Shown: piece by piece, positions 40,601 to 53,500 of the stretch
Layout of the letters: every line of letters starts with the position of its first letter
Position numbering within the stretch: the first letter of the stretch is position 1
Origin: Candidatus Multivoradales bacterium
GTDB taxonomy: Bacteria; Acidobacteriota; Thermoanaerobaculia; Multivoradales; JAHEKO01
Assembly (NCBI GenBank): GCA_965223855.1
Contig: CBDCXM010000003.1
Span: forward strand, 96,028-160,027
DNA length: 64,000 nt
Direction: 5' to 3'
The notes under the pieces: model-generated
What the model saw: only the letters and a program-made list of their open reading frames with translations
Databases searched by the model: none
Told to the model about the DNA's origin: nothing
Translations under genes and position numbers: made by a program

Positions 40601-41084
40601 CGACGCGCTCATAGCCGAAACGCGCCAGATGAGCGGCCAGCGCCTCGAGCGAGCGCTCCCCGCCAACCTCGAGGGCGAGACATGCAGCGTCGAACGACGC
40701 CGCTGTCGGCAGGCGGCGAAACAGCGCTCGCGGCGTGCAGACGAGCAGACCCGAACGCCGATGCCAGCGATCGAGCGCGGCGCTCTCGCGCGCTCGCACG
40801 GAGGCGGGGGCGACCGCGGCGGCGTAGGGGGAGAGAGCCGGCGGTGGGAAGTAGGCTGCCGGCACCCCGAGCCACTCTGCCGCCTCGACCCAGCGCAACG
40901 CCTCCCCTTCCCGCGGGACGACGACCAGCGCTCTCTCTCCCTCCTCGAGACAGCGCAGCCCACACACCCAGGCGGCGGCCGGTGCCGGCAACCCGGTCGC
41001 CTCGCCGCCGGCATGCCGCCACTCGCGGTAGGCGTCGCCCGCGCGAAGAGCCTCAGCGACAGCCTCGGCCGGTCGGGAACTCAA
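37677..41084 (-). CDS. mfd: transcription-repair coupling factor
   Basis: GDYVVHRDHGIGRF, MDRLLCGDVGFGKTEVA, DEEQRFGV, QLRGRVGR, DLEIRGAGNLLG. Confidence 0.97.
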   Translation of the reverse strand: MSSRPAEAVAEALRAGDAYREWRHAGGEATGLPAPAAAWVCGLRCLEEGERALVVVPREGEALRWVEAAEWLGVPAAYFPPPALSPYAAAVAPASVRARESAALDRWHRRSGLLVCTPRALFRRLPTAASFDAACLALEVGGERSLEALAAHLARFGYERVDLVGEVGEFAVRGGLADVWGPGMERPLRIDYFDDEIESLRLFDPADQRSGQRIDRVRLLPMSLFPVDEGGRRRVASYLEGLELPSSWRGEIEQLREGAQVPGWERALGVAASGRGLVEWDPQALRFVVDRALLVDEARNYHAQSEADYERSEAVEAIVLPPRLLEVPVEEVEEVLATTPTAIEDLAADAVDFGARSTEVFHDHLQRFPHEVAVARERGRRVLLVAAHGQEERLRRWCAEREIALGDGGVQVVGGELERGVEIPEAGLAIYSDRQLFPRREPRRSSTLAPFLGGMRDLRVGDYVVHRDHGIGRFVALTSMAPEGPDTASGLPPELAGVAAPDAASAVEVMEISYSGGRSLLLPLSRVDLVERYSGIESVAPRLDRLGGSSWTKRQDRVRSSVRKLAIDLLELYAERQLAEALMMAPASDLMTQFEAAFEHEETPDQDTAIAAIMEDLGRTRPMDRLLCGDVGFGKTEVAMRAAFRAVEAGWQVAVLAPTTILADQHLETFRDRMAGFPVEVEMVSRFRSPAQVEAIRERLEKGEIDILIGTHRLLSRDIRLPRLGLLIVDEEQRFGVAQKERLRDLKRDVHVLAMSATPVPRTLQLSMAGIRDLSVIESPPRDRMAVETAVLPLDDEVVREAIDYELERGGQIYFVYNRVEGIEEMARWLRGLVPDLRLTIGHGQLPERELAERMHAFKDGDYDLLLATTIIENGIDLSNVNTMLIHRADRFGLSQLYQLRGRVGRGDRLAYCYLLVSSDRVVSEEARQRLSAIREFTELGAGFRVAARDLEIRGAGNLLGAEQSGHIAAVGIDTYMRLLEDAVRELKGEQVRTRASAVVDLPVAMSIPVSYIADANLRMEVYRRVADAPDRSEILAELEDRFGPVPESVESLVDVARLKALAEDHGVQSVSAGRSRLEIRLRKDSDLDLGHLVQWIGERDGATFSPSGVLSVPLSRDESVVAFASRVVEEITRP

Positions 41085-41090
41085 GGCGGG

Positions 41091-42298
41091 TCAGTGATGG
41101 GCGGAGCCGGACTCTGGCGCTTCGACCTTCTCTACGCCGACCATCTTCGCCACCACCCACGTCGCGACTGCGGCGAGGAAGGAGCCGAGCGCTCCCATCT
41201 TGGCCGCGTCCTGTGCCGCTCCCGCCGGGAACGCCACCGCCGCTACGAAGAGGGCGACGGTGAAGCCGATCGCCGCCGCGAAACCGATGATGATGAGGTC
41301 GACGCTGCGGATGCCCTTCGGCAGACCGAAGCCGAGCTTGGCGCCAAGGACGCCGAAACCCCACACCCCCAGTGGCTTGCCAATCAGCAGCCCCGCCAGG
41401 ACGAGGAAGGTCGCCGGGCCGACGGCGTTGAGCACCACGCCGGCGTTGAGCAGGCCGAAGGCGCCCAGGATGAGCTCGACCGGGCTCTTCCACCAGTGTT
41501 CGAAGCGGGTCAGCGTGTCGGTGTCCTCCATCCGGCTCCAGTCGAAGAGACCGGTATCGACGTGGGCGTGCGGCATCGCCGGGATGATCGGCAGCAGTCC
41601 GAGCGCAGGGTGGAGTCCGGAGAGGGCGAATCCCAGCCAGGACAACCCGCCGCCAACGAGAAGGTAGGGCCAGAAGCTCTTGTAGCGCATCCGCCGCAGG
41701 ACCAGACAGACGGTGACGCCCACCACCGCCAGCAGCAGGAAGAGCGGCTGGATCTCACCCTGGGGGTAGGCGACGGCGATGATCATCAGGCCGATCGCGT
41801 CGTCGGCGATCGCCAGCAGGAGCAGAAAGGGGATCGCCGGGTGGCCGGCGCCGAAGATGAACCGCGCCACCATGTAGCTGAAGGCGATGTCGGTCGCACA
41901 CGGGATCGCCCAGCCACGCGCCAGGGTGTCGAACTGCCCGATGAGCGCCGTGCCGATCAGGTAGACACCGGCGGGGACGATGACGCCGCCCGCCGTGGCG
42001 ATGAGCGGCGTCGCCGCCTTGCGCGGGTTCGACAACGGCCCTCCCGGCAGCAGCGCCTCCCAGACCTCCTTGCCGGCGATGGCGAAGAACAGCGCCATCA
42101 GCATGTCGTTGACGAGGTAGTGCAGGTTGATGACCTTGTGACCGTCGTGCGCGGCCCCGATCCAGTCGTTCTCGAGGATCGGGAAGTGCAGCAGCGCTTC
42201 GTAGCTGTGGTGGTCGAGATTGGCCCACAGCAGGCCGGCAACGGCACCGAAGATCAGGAAGAGGGAATTCTCGAGCAGAAATCGAATCGTGCGGCGCA

Positions 42299-42299
<1 letters not shown>
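41091..42299 (-). CDS. nhaA: Na+/H+ antiporter NhaA
   Basis: VNDMLMALFF, GWAIPCATDIAF, LAIADD, GKPLG, IGFTVALF. Confidence 0.9.
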
Positions 42300-44259
<1,960 letters not shown>

Positions 44260-44269
44260 TCAGCCCTGA

Positions 44270-44346
<77 letters not shown>

Positions 44347-44354
44347 GCCGTTTC

Positions 44355-44386
44355 ACGACCGCGCTCCGGCGCGGTCGTTTGCGTTT
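44355..44386 (+). terminator. intrinsic terminator after tRNA
   Basis: ACGACCGCGC-TCCG-GCGCGGTCGT followed by TTGCGTTT. Confidence 0.7.
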
Positions 44387-44438
44387 CGGGCTCGTCAGGC
44401 GGCTCGCCGAGCGGGCCCGCCTGTTCTAACCTGACGCC

Positions 44439-45617
44439 ATGGCCGCACCCGCACGCTCCACGCCCTCGCGACTCCTCCCCTCCCTGCTGGCCCTCGCAGC
44501 ATCTGGGACGGGAGGCCATCGCCGGCCACATCGTCTTCTTCAATCGACTCCGGCAGTATCGACCACTTCGGCGCCTATGTCGGCGCTGATCGGCACTGCC
44601 GGATGCGGGCCGGAAGAAAATCGCAGCGTGGATTGGCATCTCGAGATGGTCGAGGCGATCGGCGAGCCCGATTTCGATCCGGCGCGCAAGGAGGAGCCGG
44701 GCTACATGGACTCCTATCGCGAGGCTCAGCATCAGCTCTACCGGCAGAAGGCGGCGGTGCTTCTCGAGCTGGCGCGAAGCTGGCCCGACGACGAGCGGGT
44801 TCCCGAGTGGCTGAAGCGCCGCTGGAAGCTCCTCGGGTGGAATCAGGCTCCGGCCGACGTCGCCAGCGAGGTGCTCGCCGACATCGAGGCGATCCTCGAG
44901 GATGGCCGGGGAGTGACGCCCGAGGTCGCCGAGGAGGCGCAGTTCCTGCGTGCGCGCTACGGCATCCACCTTCACGAGGATGACTACGAGCAGATGGTCT
45001 CCGCCGCACTCGACTACGCGGACGCCTACCCCGACCAGGAACGCTCAGCCGAGCTCCTCGCGCTGGCCACGGAGCAGCCCGCAGTGCCGGAGGGTCGCCG
45101 CCGCGATCTTCTCGCTCGCCTCGCCGCCGACTATCCGGACACTCACTGGGGGGTCTACGCGCCCGGCCAGATCCGGCAGATCGACAGCATGGGGGAGCCC
45201 TTCGAACTGGAGTTCGTCGACTTCGTCACCGGTGACCGAGTGTCCGTCGAGGGACTCGCAGGCTCGGTCGTCGTCCTCGACTTCTGGGCCACCACCTGCG
45301 CCCCATGCGTCGCCGACCTCCCCGAGCTCCAGGCGATGTACGAGCGCTACCGCGACCGGGGTCTCGAGATCCTCGGCATCAGTCTCGACGAGCCCGACTT
45401 CGAGGCCGAGTTCCGGGAACGCGTCACCGATTGGGAGATCGAATGGCCGCAGTACTACCAGGGGGGCGGCTACCTGAGCGACTTCTCGGTCGGCTGGGGC
45501 ATCGGCTCGGCCCCGAGCGCCTTCGTGCTCGATCGCGAGGGGCGGCTGCGCCACGCCGGCCAGACGGAGTCGATCGAGGAGCTGGAGCGGGTGGTGGTGG
45601 AGCTGCTGGAGGGCTGA
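44439..45617 (+). CDS. TlpA/redoxin-domain protein with helical N-terminal region
   Basis: VVVLDFWATTCAPC, GLEILGISLD, FVLDREG; start uncertain (44439 or about 44578). Confidence 0.82.
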   Translation: MAAPARSTPSRLLPSLLALAASGTGGHRRPHRLLQSTPAVSTTSAPMSALIGTAGCGPEENRSVDWHLEMVEAIGEPDFDPARKEEPGYMDSYREAQHQLYRQKAAVLLELARSWPDDERVPEWLKRRWKLLGWNQAPADVASEVLADIEAILEDGRGVTPEVAEEAQFLRARYGIHLHEDDYEQMVSAALDYADAYPDQERSAELLALATEQPAVPEGRRRDLLARLAADYPDTHWGVYAPGQIRQIDSMGEPFELEFVDFVTGDRVSVEGLAGSVVVLDFWATTCAPCVADLPELQAMYERYRDRGLEILGISLDEPDFEAEFRERVTDWEIEWPQYYQGGGYLSDFSVGWGIGSAPSAFVLDREGRLRHAGQTESIEELERVVVELLEG

Positions 45618-45624
45618 GGAGAGG

Positions 45625-46761
45625 CTACGAGGCCGGGTCGTCCTTCCCGCTGCCGCGGCGGAAGGGCTCTACCAGCTGACGCAGGTAGCCGCGAGGGAAG
45701 GCCACGCCCCCGAGCCCCATCGACTCCGGCCACTCGTCTCCCGGCAGGTGGTAGGTGCCGAAGACCCGGTCGATGAACGGGAAGTGGATGGCGAAGTTCC
45801 GGTCGTAGTAGTCGGGATCGTCGGAATGGTGCCAGTGATGAAACTGCGGCGTGACGAAGACGTACTTGAGTGGCCCGAACGCAATCCTCGTGTTGGCGTG
45901 CGCCAGCACCGCCTGTACGGCGACGATCGCGACGTAGGCGTAGAACGCCGGCGCCGAGAAGCCGAGGAAATAGAGCGGCAGGTAGGAGAACGCCCGGGTG
46001 AGCACGACGTCCACGAGGTGGAGGCGCGAGCCCGCCAGCCAGTCGACGGTCTGGATCGAGTGGTGGACGGCGTGGAATCGCCACAGGAAGCGGCTGGCGT
46101 GGAAGGCGCGATGGGCGGCGTACTGGAAGAGATCGGCCACCAGCATCGCCAGCAGCACCTGGACGACGAACGGCAGGCCGGAGACCGCGGCGTGGAGCCT
46201 CTCCAGGCCCCAGCCTCCGAAGAGCGTTTCCGCGGGCGCCTGGATGAGGACCGCCGTCACCTGCACCAGCAGGTGGCTGATGGCGAAGTAGACGAGGTCA
46301 GTCTTCCATTCGAGGTGGAACTTCGTCTGCTCGGGCCGCTTCGGCAGGAAGAGCTCGAGAGGGATGAAGATCACCGACAGCACGAGGATGTCGATCAGGA
46401 GCCAGTCGAGGCTGATCGAGGTGACGCTTTGCTCGAACTCTCTGATCTCGACCGAAGCGCCACCGAGGACGATCGCCAGCGCACTCACCAGGATGCCGGT
46501 GAGGCCGAGACGGGTGCGGCCACTCAGGAAGAAGCTGGTGAAGGCGAAGCCGAAGCTCAGCAGGAGGCAGGCAAGCAACATCCAGCGCAGCACCGGCACC
46601 GGGTACGCCTCGCGGAACTCGGGCGTCGTGAAGTACTCAGGGAAGTGGAAGCACACCACCGCGCCGAGCGACAGAACGGCGAGGAAGATCGACAGGTAGC
46701 CGCTGATGCGGCCTTCGCCGATCTGGAGGCGCTCGGGCTGGGAGGGTGGTCGGGATCTCAT
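45625..46761 (-). CDS. sterol desaturase/fatty acid hydroxylase family membrane protein
   Basis: His boxes HRAFH, HAVHH, HANT, HHWHH. Confidence 0.88.
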   Translation of the reverse strand: MRSRPPSQPERLQIGEGRISGYLSIFLAVLSLGAVVCFHFPEYFTTPEFREAYPVPVLRWMLLACLLLSFGFAFTSFFLSGRTRLGLTGILVSALAIVLGGASVEIREFEQSVTSISLDWLLIDILVLSVIFIPLELFLPKRPEQTKFHLEWKTDLVYFAISHLLVQVTAVLIQAPAETLFGGWGLERLHAAVSGLPFVVQVLLAMLVADLFQYAAHRAFHASRFLWRFHAVHHSIQTVDWLAGSRLHLVDVVLTRAFSYLPLYFLGFSAPAFYAYVAIVAVQAVLAHANTRIAFGPLKYVFVTPQFHHWHHSDDPDYYDRNFAIHFPFIDRVFGTYHLPGDEWPESMGLGGVAFPRGYLRQLVEPFRRGSGKDDPAS

Positions 46762-46780
46762 AGCGGGAGCCGGCGAGGCG

Positions 46781-47953
46781 TCAGGAGCCGCTCCGTGGAT
46801 CGGTCGCCAGGTCGAGGATCGCCTTCAGCAGCGCCGCGGCGAACTCCTCCTCCGCCTCCGACCAGGCGTTGACGGCGACGACCATCGCCACCCGGCGTTC
46901 CTTCATCACGTAGATCGCGGCGAAGCCGGTGCCGGCACTGCCGAGATGGCTGCTGCGGGTGGGGTACGAGTACCAGCCGAGGCTGTAGTCGTCGCCGTCG
47001 AGCGGCGTGTGCAGGTAGGAGACCGCCCGGGCCGGCAGCAGGCCGTCGGTGCCCTCGAGGCCCAGCAGATGGAGCCTCGCGAACTTCGCCAACCCGCCGA
47101 TGTCCATCGACAGATCGCCTGCGGGATCGATGTAGAGGTCCTCGAGACGGTAGGCGTCCTCATCGGGCTCGTGGACGGCGAAGCGCCCTCCGACGAAGCG
47201 GTGCCCGTGCGCCCCGGGCGCCTCGCTCTCCGAGGGCCAGCCGAAGTCGAGGTTGTCGATGCCGAGCGGTCCGGCGAGCTCGGTGGCCAACAGCTCCTCC
47301 CAGCTGCGACCGGCGGCGACCTCGAGCAGGAGCGCCGCCACGCTGTAGCCGGCGTTCGAGTAGTGGTGCCCCCGCCCTTCGACCTGTGGCGGTCGCGCGA
47401 GCAACCACTCGACGAACTGCCGGCGCTTCTCCGGGGCAGTGCCGAAGAAGGCCGGGACCGCTTCGAACTCCTCGTCTTCCTCGAAACCCTGGAGACCCGC
47501 TCGATGACGCAGCAGCTGATCGAGCGTCGTCTCGCGGTGTGCCGGATGGAGCGTCTCGAGGCGATCACCGAGGAGCTCGCCCACGGTCGACTTCCATCGG
47601 ATCGTCCCTTTCTCGACGAGCACGGCTGCCAGGGTGGCTGTGATCGGCTTGGTGACCGAGCCGAGGTGCAGGAGGTCCGTCGGCATCAGCGGCTCTGAGG
47701 AGTCGACGCTGCGCACCCCCGTCGCCGCGACCACGATCTCGCCCGAGGCGGTGACGAACCCGCCCGCCACGCCCGGGAGATCGAATGCCCGTCGGATCGC
47801 CTCGAGCTCGCTCTTCAAGCGCGCATCCTTCGCGGGCGCAGACTCGCTCCCCGTCTCGCCCATGGCGCCCGGCGCAACGAATGCCGTCGCCGCGAACAGC
47901 AGGCCGGCTCGAAGCGCGGCGCGCAGGTAGCGGCGGAGAGGCGACCGGATCAC
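46781..47953 (-). CDS. secreted serine hydrolase, beta-lactamase/class C family
   Basis: Signal peptide, GSVTK (SxxK), LLRHRAG, YSN, HLGS. Confidence 0.85.
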   Translation of the reverse strand: MIRSPLRRYLRAALRAGLLFAATAFVAPGAMGETGSESAPAKDARLKSELEAIRRAFDLPGVAGGFVTASGEIVVAATGVRSVDSSEPLMPTDLLHLGSVTKPITATLAAVLVEKGTIRWKSTVGELLGDRLETLHPAHRETTLDQLLRHRAGLQGFEEDEEFEAVPAFFGTAPEKRRQFVEWLLARPPQVEGRGHHYSNAGYSVAALLLEVAAGRSWEELLATELAGPLGIDNLDFGWPSESEAPGAHGHRFVGGRFAVHEPDEDAYRLEDLYIDPAGDLSMDIGGLAKFARLHLLGLEGTDGLLPARAVSYLHTPLDGDDYSLGWYSYPTRSSHLGSAGTGFAAIYVMKERRVAMVVAVNAWSEAEEEFAAALLKAILDLATDPRSGS

Positions 47954-48123
47954 CCCTCGAGTCTAGCGGGCACTAGAATCGACACATGCAACCGAGAAGG
48001 GCCGGTCGATGCCCGAGGTGGACTCGGGCAGGAGCTGCGCCAGGGCCATCAGGACAACCGTGGCCGTGAGTCGCGGAATGCCGCGCCCGTGATCGCCGTA
48101 GAACCCGGAAAGGTCGCCTGAAG

Positions 48124-48732
48124 ATGTGGGACAAACTCTGGAACTGGTCGGAAATGCTCGAGGTCGGCGCCGATGCGAGCGTCTACCTGGTGATGGCGCT
48201 GGTCGGCACGGCGCTCTTCCTGCTCCGGCTGGGCATCTCGCTCTTTGCCGGCGACATCGGCGACTTCGAGACCGGCGACGCTTCGCCGGACGCCTCGACG
48301 GACGCCGCCTTCACCCTCTTCTCGCTGCTGTCAGTGACGGCGTTCGTCATGGGCACCGGCTGGATGGGACTCGCCTGCCGGATCGACTGGGGGCTCTCGC
48401 GATCGGTCTCACTGCTGCTGGCCGTCGGCTTCGGCACCGCGATGATGGTGCTCGCCTCCGGCCTGATGGCGTGGACACGGCGCCTCAACCGCGAGGTGAC
48501 CTACGACCCACAGACGGCGGTCGGCAGGATCGGCAGCGTCTACCTGCCGGTCCCCGCCGCGGGCAAGGGGCAGGGTCAGGTGCGGGTCAGCGTCTCCGGG
48601 CGCATGATGGTGATGCCCGCCGTCTCTCGAGCGGACCGCGAGCTCGCGGCGTTCGAGGACATCCGCGTGATGGCGGTTCGATCGGACAAAACGCTCGTCG
48701 TGGAACCGATGACGGGCTCTTCGGAGGAGTAA
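48124..48732 (+). CDS. NfeD-like membrane protein (flotillin partner)
   Basis: Three TM segments, GRIGSVYLPVP..GQGQVRV OB-fold-like C-terminus; adjacent to flotillin. Confidence 0.8.
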   Translation: MWDKLWNWSEMLEVGADASVYLVMALVGTALFLLRLGISLFAGDIGDFETGDASPDASTDAAFTLFSLLSVTAFVMGTGWMGLACRIDWGLSRSVSLLLAVGFGTAMMVLASGLMAWTRRLNREVTYDPQTAVGRIGSVYLPVPAAGKGQGQVRVSVSGRMMVMPAVSRADRELAAFEDIRVMAVRSDKTLVVEPMTGSSEE

Positions 48733-48736
48733 CGGT

Positions 48737-50332
48737 ATGAGCAACCTGTTGAGTTTCGGAACGCTGGGCATCGTCGCATCGGTCGTCCTGCTCGCTCTTT
48801 TCGTCCTCACCATGCTGGTGCGGCAGTACCGGCGTTGCCCGTCGAACCGCGTGCTCGTGGTCTACGGAAAGGTGGCGGGCCAGAGGGCGGCGAAGTGCAT
48901 GCACGGCGGCGGGACGTTCGTGGTGCCGCTGCTCCAGAGCTACGCCTACCTCAACCTCGAGCCGATGACGATCGAGATCGATCTGTCGGCGGCACTGTCG
49001 AAGAAGAACATCCGCGTCAACGTGCCGTCGACCTTCACGGTCGGCATCTCGACCGAGCCCGACATCATGAACAACGCCGCCGAGCGCCTGCTCGGCCTCG
49101 GTGAGAACGAGGTCGCCGCTCAGGCGCGCGACATCATCCTCGGCCAGATGCGCCTCGTCATCGCGACGCTGTCGATCGAGGAGATCAACCAGGATCGCGA
49201 GAAGTTCCTCGATCTGGTCAACAAGAACGTCAGCACGGAGATCAACAAGATCGGGCTCGATCTCATCAACGTCAACGTGCGCGACATCACCGACGAGTCG
49301 GGCTACATCACCGCGCTCGGGCAGAAGGCCGCGGCCGAGGCGGTCAACCAGGCGAAGGTCGAGGTCGCCGAGGCCGACCGCGCCGGTGCCATCGGCGAGG
49401 CGGACGCCGACCGCGAGATGCAGGTCGAGGTCGCACGGCTCAACGCCGAGTCGGCCGCGGGTCAGAAGATGGCCGAGCGCGATCAGCGGGTTCAGGTCGC
49501 CAAGTACGAGGCCGAAGGTCTGGCGGGCGAGGCGAGCTCCGCGCGCGAGCAGGACATCGCGGTCGCGACCCAGGCGGAACAGGCGGCGCAGGGCAAGAAG
49601 GAGGCGGAGGTCACGCGGCGCGTCCACGTCGCCAGCCTCGAGTCCGACGCCATCAAGGGCGAGAACGAGTCGAAGGCGCACATCGCCGCCTCACAGGCCG
49701 ATCTCGCGGAGCGCGAGGCCGAAGCGACGCGGCGCGGCGAAGTCGCCCTCGCCCAGGCCGCGACCGACGTCCTCCAGGCCGAGAAGGCGCAGGAGCTCGC
49801 GCGGCTCGAGAAGACCCAGCTGGCGCAGCAGATGATCGAGCAGCGCAAGATCGAGATCGACGCCGAAGCCGAGGCGGAACGGATTCGCCGGATCGCCAAG
49901 GGTGAAGCCGACGGGCTGCTGGCTCAGTTGACCGCCGAGGCCGAGGGGCGGCAGAAACTGCTCGAGGCGAAGGCGGCCGGTTACGAGGGATTGCTGCGGG
50001 TCTGTGGCGACCGGGCGGATCTCGCGCCGGCGCTGCTGATGATCGAGATCCTGCCGCAACTGGTGGCCGAGCAGGTCAAGGCGATCCAGGACCTCAAAAT
50101 CGACAAGGTGACGGTGTGGGATTCGGGCAGCGGCGGCGGAGACGGCGCTCCGGGGAGTACGGCGGGCTTTCTGCGCGGGCTGATCGCGGCGCTGCCGCCG
50201 ATCCACGAGCTCGCGGAGCAGGCGGGGATCGATCTGCCGGAGGTGTTGGGGAAGGTGGCGGGGGCGGAGGGGCAAGTGGAAACCACTCCGCCCGAGGCGG
50301 CGGAGTCCGAAACTGACGAGAGCTCGCCCTAG
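48737..50332 (+). CDS. flotillin/SPFH domain protein
   Basis: YRRCPSNRVLVVYGK, NVRDITDESGYI, AEAEA coiled coils. Confidence 0.92.
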   Translation: MSNLLSFGTLGIVASVVLLALFVLTMLVRQYRRCPSNRVLVVYGKVAGQRAAKCMHGGGTFVVPLLQSYAYLNLEPMTIEIDLSAALSKKNIRVNVPSTFTVGISTEPDIMNNAAERLLGLGENEVAAQARDIILGQMRLVIATLSIEEINQDREKFLDLVNKNVSTEINKIGLDLINVNVRDITDESGYITALGQKAAAEAVNQAKVEVAEADRAGAIGEADADREMQVEVARLNAESAAGQKMAERDQRVQVAKYEAEGLAGEASSAREQDIAVATQAEQAAQGKKEAEVTRRVHVASLESDAIKGENESKAHIAASQADLAEREAEATRRGEVALAQAATDVLQAEKAQELARLEKTQLAQQMIEQRKIEIDAEAEAERIRRIAKGEADGLLAQLTAEAEGRQKLLEAKAAGYEGLLRVCGDRADLAPALLMIEILPQLVAEQVKAIQDLKIDKVTVWDSGSGGGDGAPGSTAGFLRGLIAALPPIHELAEQAGIDLPEVLGKVAGAEGQVETTPPEAAESETDESSP

Positions 50333-50506
50333 GGCACTCTCCTGGGACGCTCCTCCTCTGCCTTCGTGGCCGGAGAGTCGGCGCCAGGGCCAGACCCCTG
50401 GCGATAGATTGTGATCCACCCCTGGCCGTGACAACATTGCTGCAAGTCACTCGGTAAACTGACAGCAGCGCATCGGGGCGGCGCCGCTGGGAAAGGACAT
50501 CTCCCG

Positions 50507-53500
50507 GTGCTCACCCTTCCCCGTACGGCTCTTCGCGCTTCTTTCCTGAGCGTCGCTTTGGCGGCTCTCGCCTCGCCTTCCCTGGCCCAGCCCGAAAGCG
50601 AGATCGGCGCCCGCGGCTTCCACGCCGACAAGGTCTACAACCTGTCGGGCGTCGATAGCATCAACCTCTTCAACGGCAACCTGACCCTGGCGATTCCGCT
50701 GGGAATCGAGTATCCGGTCAGCGAGAAGCTCTCCTACCAGCTTCACCTCAGCTACAACTCCGCCGCCTGGGAGTACGAGGACGTCGATATCAACGGGGAG
50801 CTCTATCCCCTCGGGATTCCGCTGGAAAGGTCGAACGCAGGGCTCGGCTGGATGGTGACCCTCGGAAAACTGGAAGCCCCTGACGGGGGCAATGGGGCGC
50901 TCTACGGCTGGAACTACATCAGTCCGGACGGTGGCAGTCACGCCTTCCATCCGCTCCTGCACGATGACGACTTCGGAGGTGTGGACGATCCAGGCGTCTG
51001 GTACACGCGAGACAGCACCTACCTGAGGTTGCAGCAGGTCGGCAACGAGATGATCGTCGAGCACGGCAACGGGATCGTCAGGGTCTTCAACGACTTCGGC
51101 CCCTCCGGCGAACCGGATTGGCGACTGGTGAAGATCCACGATCTCTTCGTCGATGGTGCCGGAGAGCCGGTCAACTGGGTGACGATCGACTATCCGCCAG
51201 GTCTCGCGGAGTGGGTCATCGATGACAGCCATGGACGTCAACACAAGGTCGTCCTCGAGGCCGGCACGGTCGACCTGCCGACCCAGAAAGTCCAGAGAAT
51301 CGAGCTGACCCGGTTCGGCGGAGGCAATCCCGCTCTCTACGTCTTCAACTACGACGACAACGACCAGCGCTACATCGATCGAGGGTGTCGGGACAGGGCG
51401 AGCGACATCGACCCCCAGCAGTACGCCCCTCTCGTCAACGTCCCTCTACTGCAGAGGATCGACATGCCGGAGGGCGAGACTTACGAGATCCCGATCGACG
51501 CCGGCACTACCGTCGCAGCCATCACCGACGACTGTCAGACCGACAACGCCACCGGCACGCCCGAGCGACTTGTCCTACCCACCGGCGGCGAGATTGCCTG
51601 GGACTACCAGCTCTACTACTTCGCCGAGGCGTGTGAGGGCTTTGGCCCGCCGCTCTCGGTTGCTCCATCCGGTGTCGCGACCCGCACCTTCCACAATCTC
51701 GATGGCAGCTCGGAAAGCTGGATCTACGATCAGGCGCTCACGCCCGAGGAAACATGGATCTGCGACGGCCCGAACGGCGACGAGGTTCCCGAGGTCTCGG
51801 AAACGGTGGTCATACAGCCGGACGGGAGTTGTACGACCTCCTATTTCTACGCCCGGGGCGGTTCTCAGTTCTACGGCCTCCCGGTGGTCTCACCGGAGTT
51901 CGACGCCGACGGCAACTTCGGACGGTACGAACTCTCGAGCGAGACCTACCAGACTTGGGCCGACCAAGGCACGCCGGCTCAGCCCTGGTACCACCGCTAC
52001 AGATGCTCCGGAGAGCCGTTGCGATCCGAGTGGCTGATCTACTCGGACGACTACAACACGGGCGGCGATCGCGGCCGCACTGGAGCCAACCGGCGGCTCG
52101 AAGGAAGAGCGACGCTTTTCCACGACGATCAGAACGGCGAAGGTCCCTACGATTCCGAGTGGACAGTCTGGTTGGAGGGCGCCGGAGACGACACGAACTA
52201 TGACGGTCTCGGCAACTATCGATGGTCCAGGAAGCGCAGTCGAGACGAGCTGGCCAGCGAGACCGTACACCTGGAAATCAATCCTTCGGTCGGCCAGTAC
52301 AACCCCGCCGGTTCCAACAACAACTACGCGATGATCCCGGCCACCGAGCCCTGGCTGATCAACAACGTCCTCGAGCGGCATGTCCAGGCCGGAGAGTTCA
52401 CGGCCGGCGGCACCCAGCAGGCCAAGGTGCGCTACTGCTACTCGCCGGAAGGAGTGGTCGAACGGGAGCGCAGGTACCGAAGAACCAACAACCAGGGCGA
52501 CGACAACGACTTGCTCTCGATCTTCGAATACGAGGACGGCTTGCGCGTTCGGCATTCCTACTACGGTGGCGATCAGGAGCTCCTCACCATCGGGAGCTCC
52601 GCTTCTGAAACCTGCGAAGACGACCCGACAAACACTCCTCAGTACGAGATGGTCCACGAGAATGAGCACGGGGTCCGAAGGCGCTCGTACTGGCTCGATG
52701 ATCTGGGACAGCCCCTGACCTGGAACGCCTACGAGGTCGACATCGACTCGTCGACCGGATTGCCGTCGGCGAGCTACGACGTCTCAGGGTTTCGCACCGA
52801 CTACAACTATGACGCGCTGGGTCGCCTCCTGACCGCCACGCCTGAGGAAGGGGCAAAAACCCGGTACAAGTACGACTCCTTCAGCAGCGGTCCCCTAGCC
52901 ACCGTCCCCGCAAAGGTCAGCGTGTCCCTCCTGCCCGCTGCTTTCGGCGGCCAGTACGACTACCGGGAGTACCACTACGACGGCTTCGGTCGCTTGGCCG
53001 TCGAGAAACGCAAGCAGCCGGATCAGAGTCTCGCGGTCCGAGAAACGGACTACAACGCCAGGGGTTGGAGGGTCCGGCAGAGCGAGTGGGGAATCGGCGG
53101 CCCGTCGCCGCACGATACCGAGTTCGAGAACTTCGACCCCTTCGGGCGAGCCTCAAGAATCGTTGCGCCGGACGGTAGCGTGACCACGGTCGATTGGACG
53201 GGAATCCGACTGATGGAGCGGACCGAGCAGGTCGCCATGGCGGGCGGCGAGGGGGACGCCATCACCATCGAGGAGTACTACGTCTCTGGGCGGCTGAGAA
53301 AGGTAACCCAGAACTCGGGTGATCTGGGCCAGGCGTGGACGACCCGATACTCCTACGACGAAGCCGGCCGTCTGGCACAGGTTCTGTGGGAGGGAGGGAA
53401 CCAGACACGGGAGTGGGACTACGACGGTCGGGGCTTTCTCAAGGAGCGCATTGCTCCCGAGTATCACGTAACCAGTGTATTTCCATGGGACAACGAGAGG

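Noticed and set aside
50383-50403. CGCCAGGG-CCAGAC-CCCTGGCG hairpin as another copy of the 6.8-7.2 kb element
   Set aside because: Only a short hairpin lacking the GGGAGCC and CTTCGCC arms; more simply a terminator or isolated REP-like palindrome after flotillin
50423-50440. Sigma54 promoter upstream of RHS
   Set aside because: TGGC-to-TTGC spacing is 10 nt rather than the required 7
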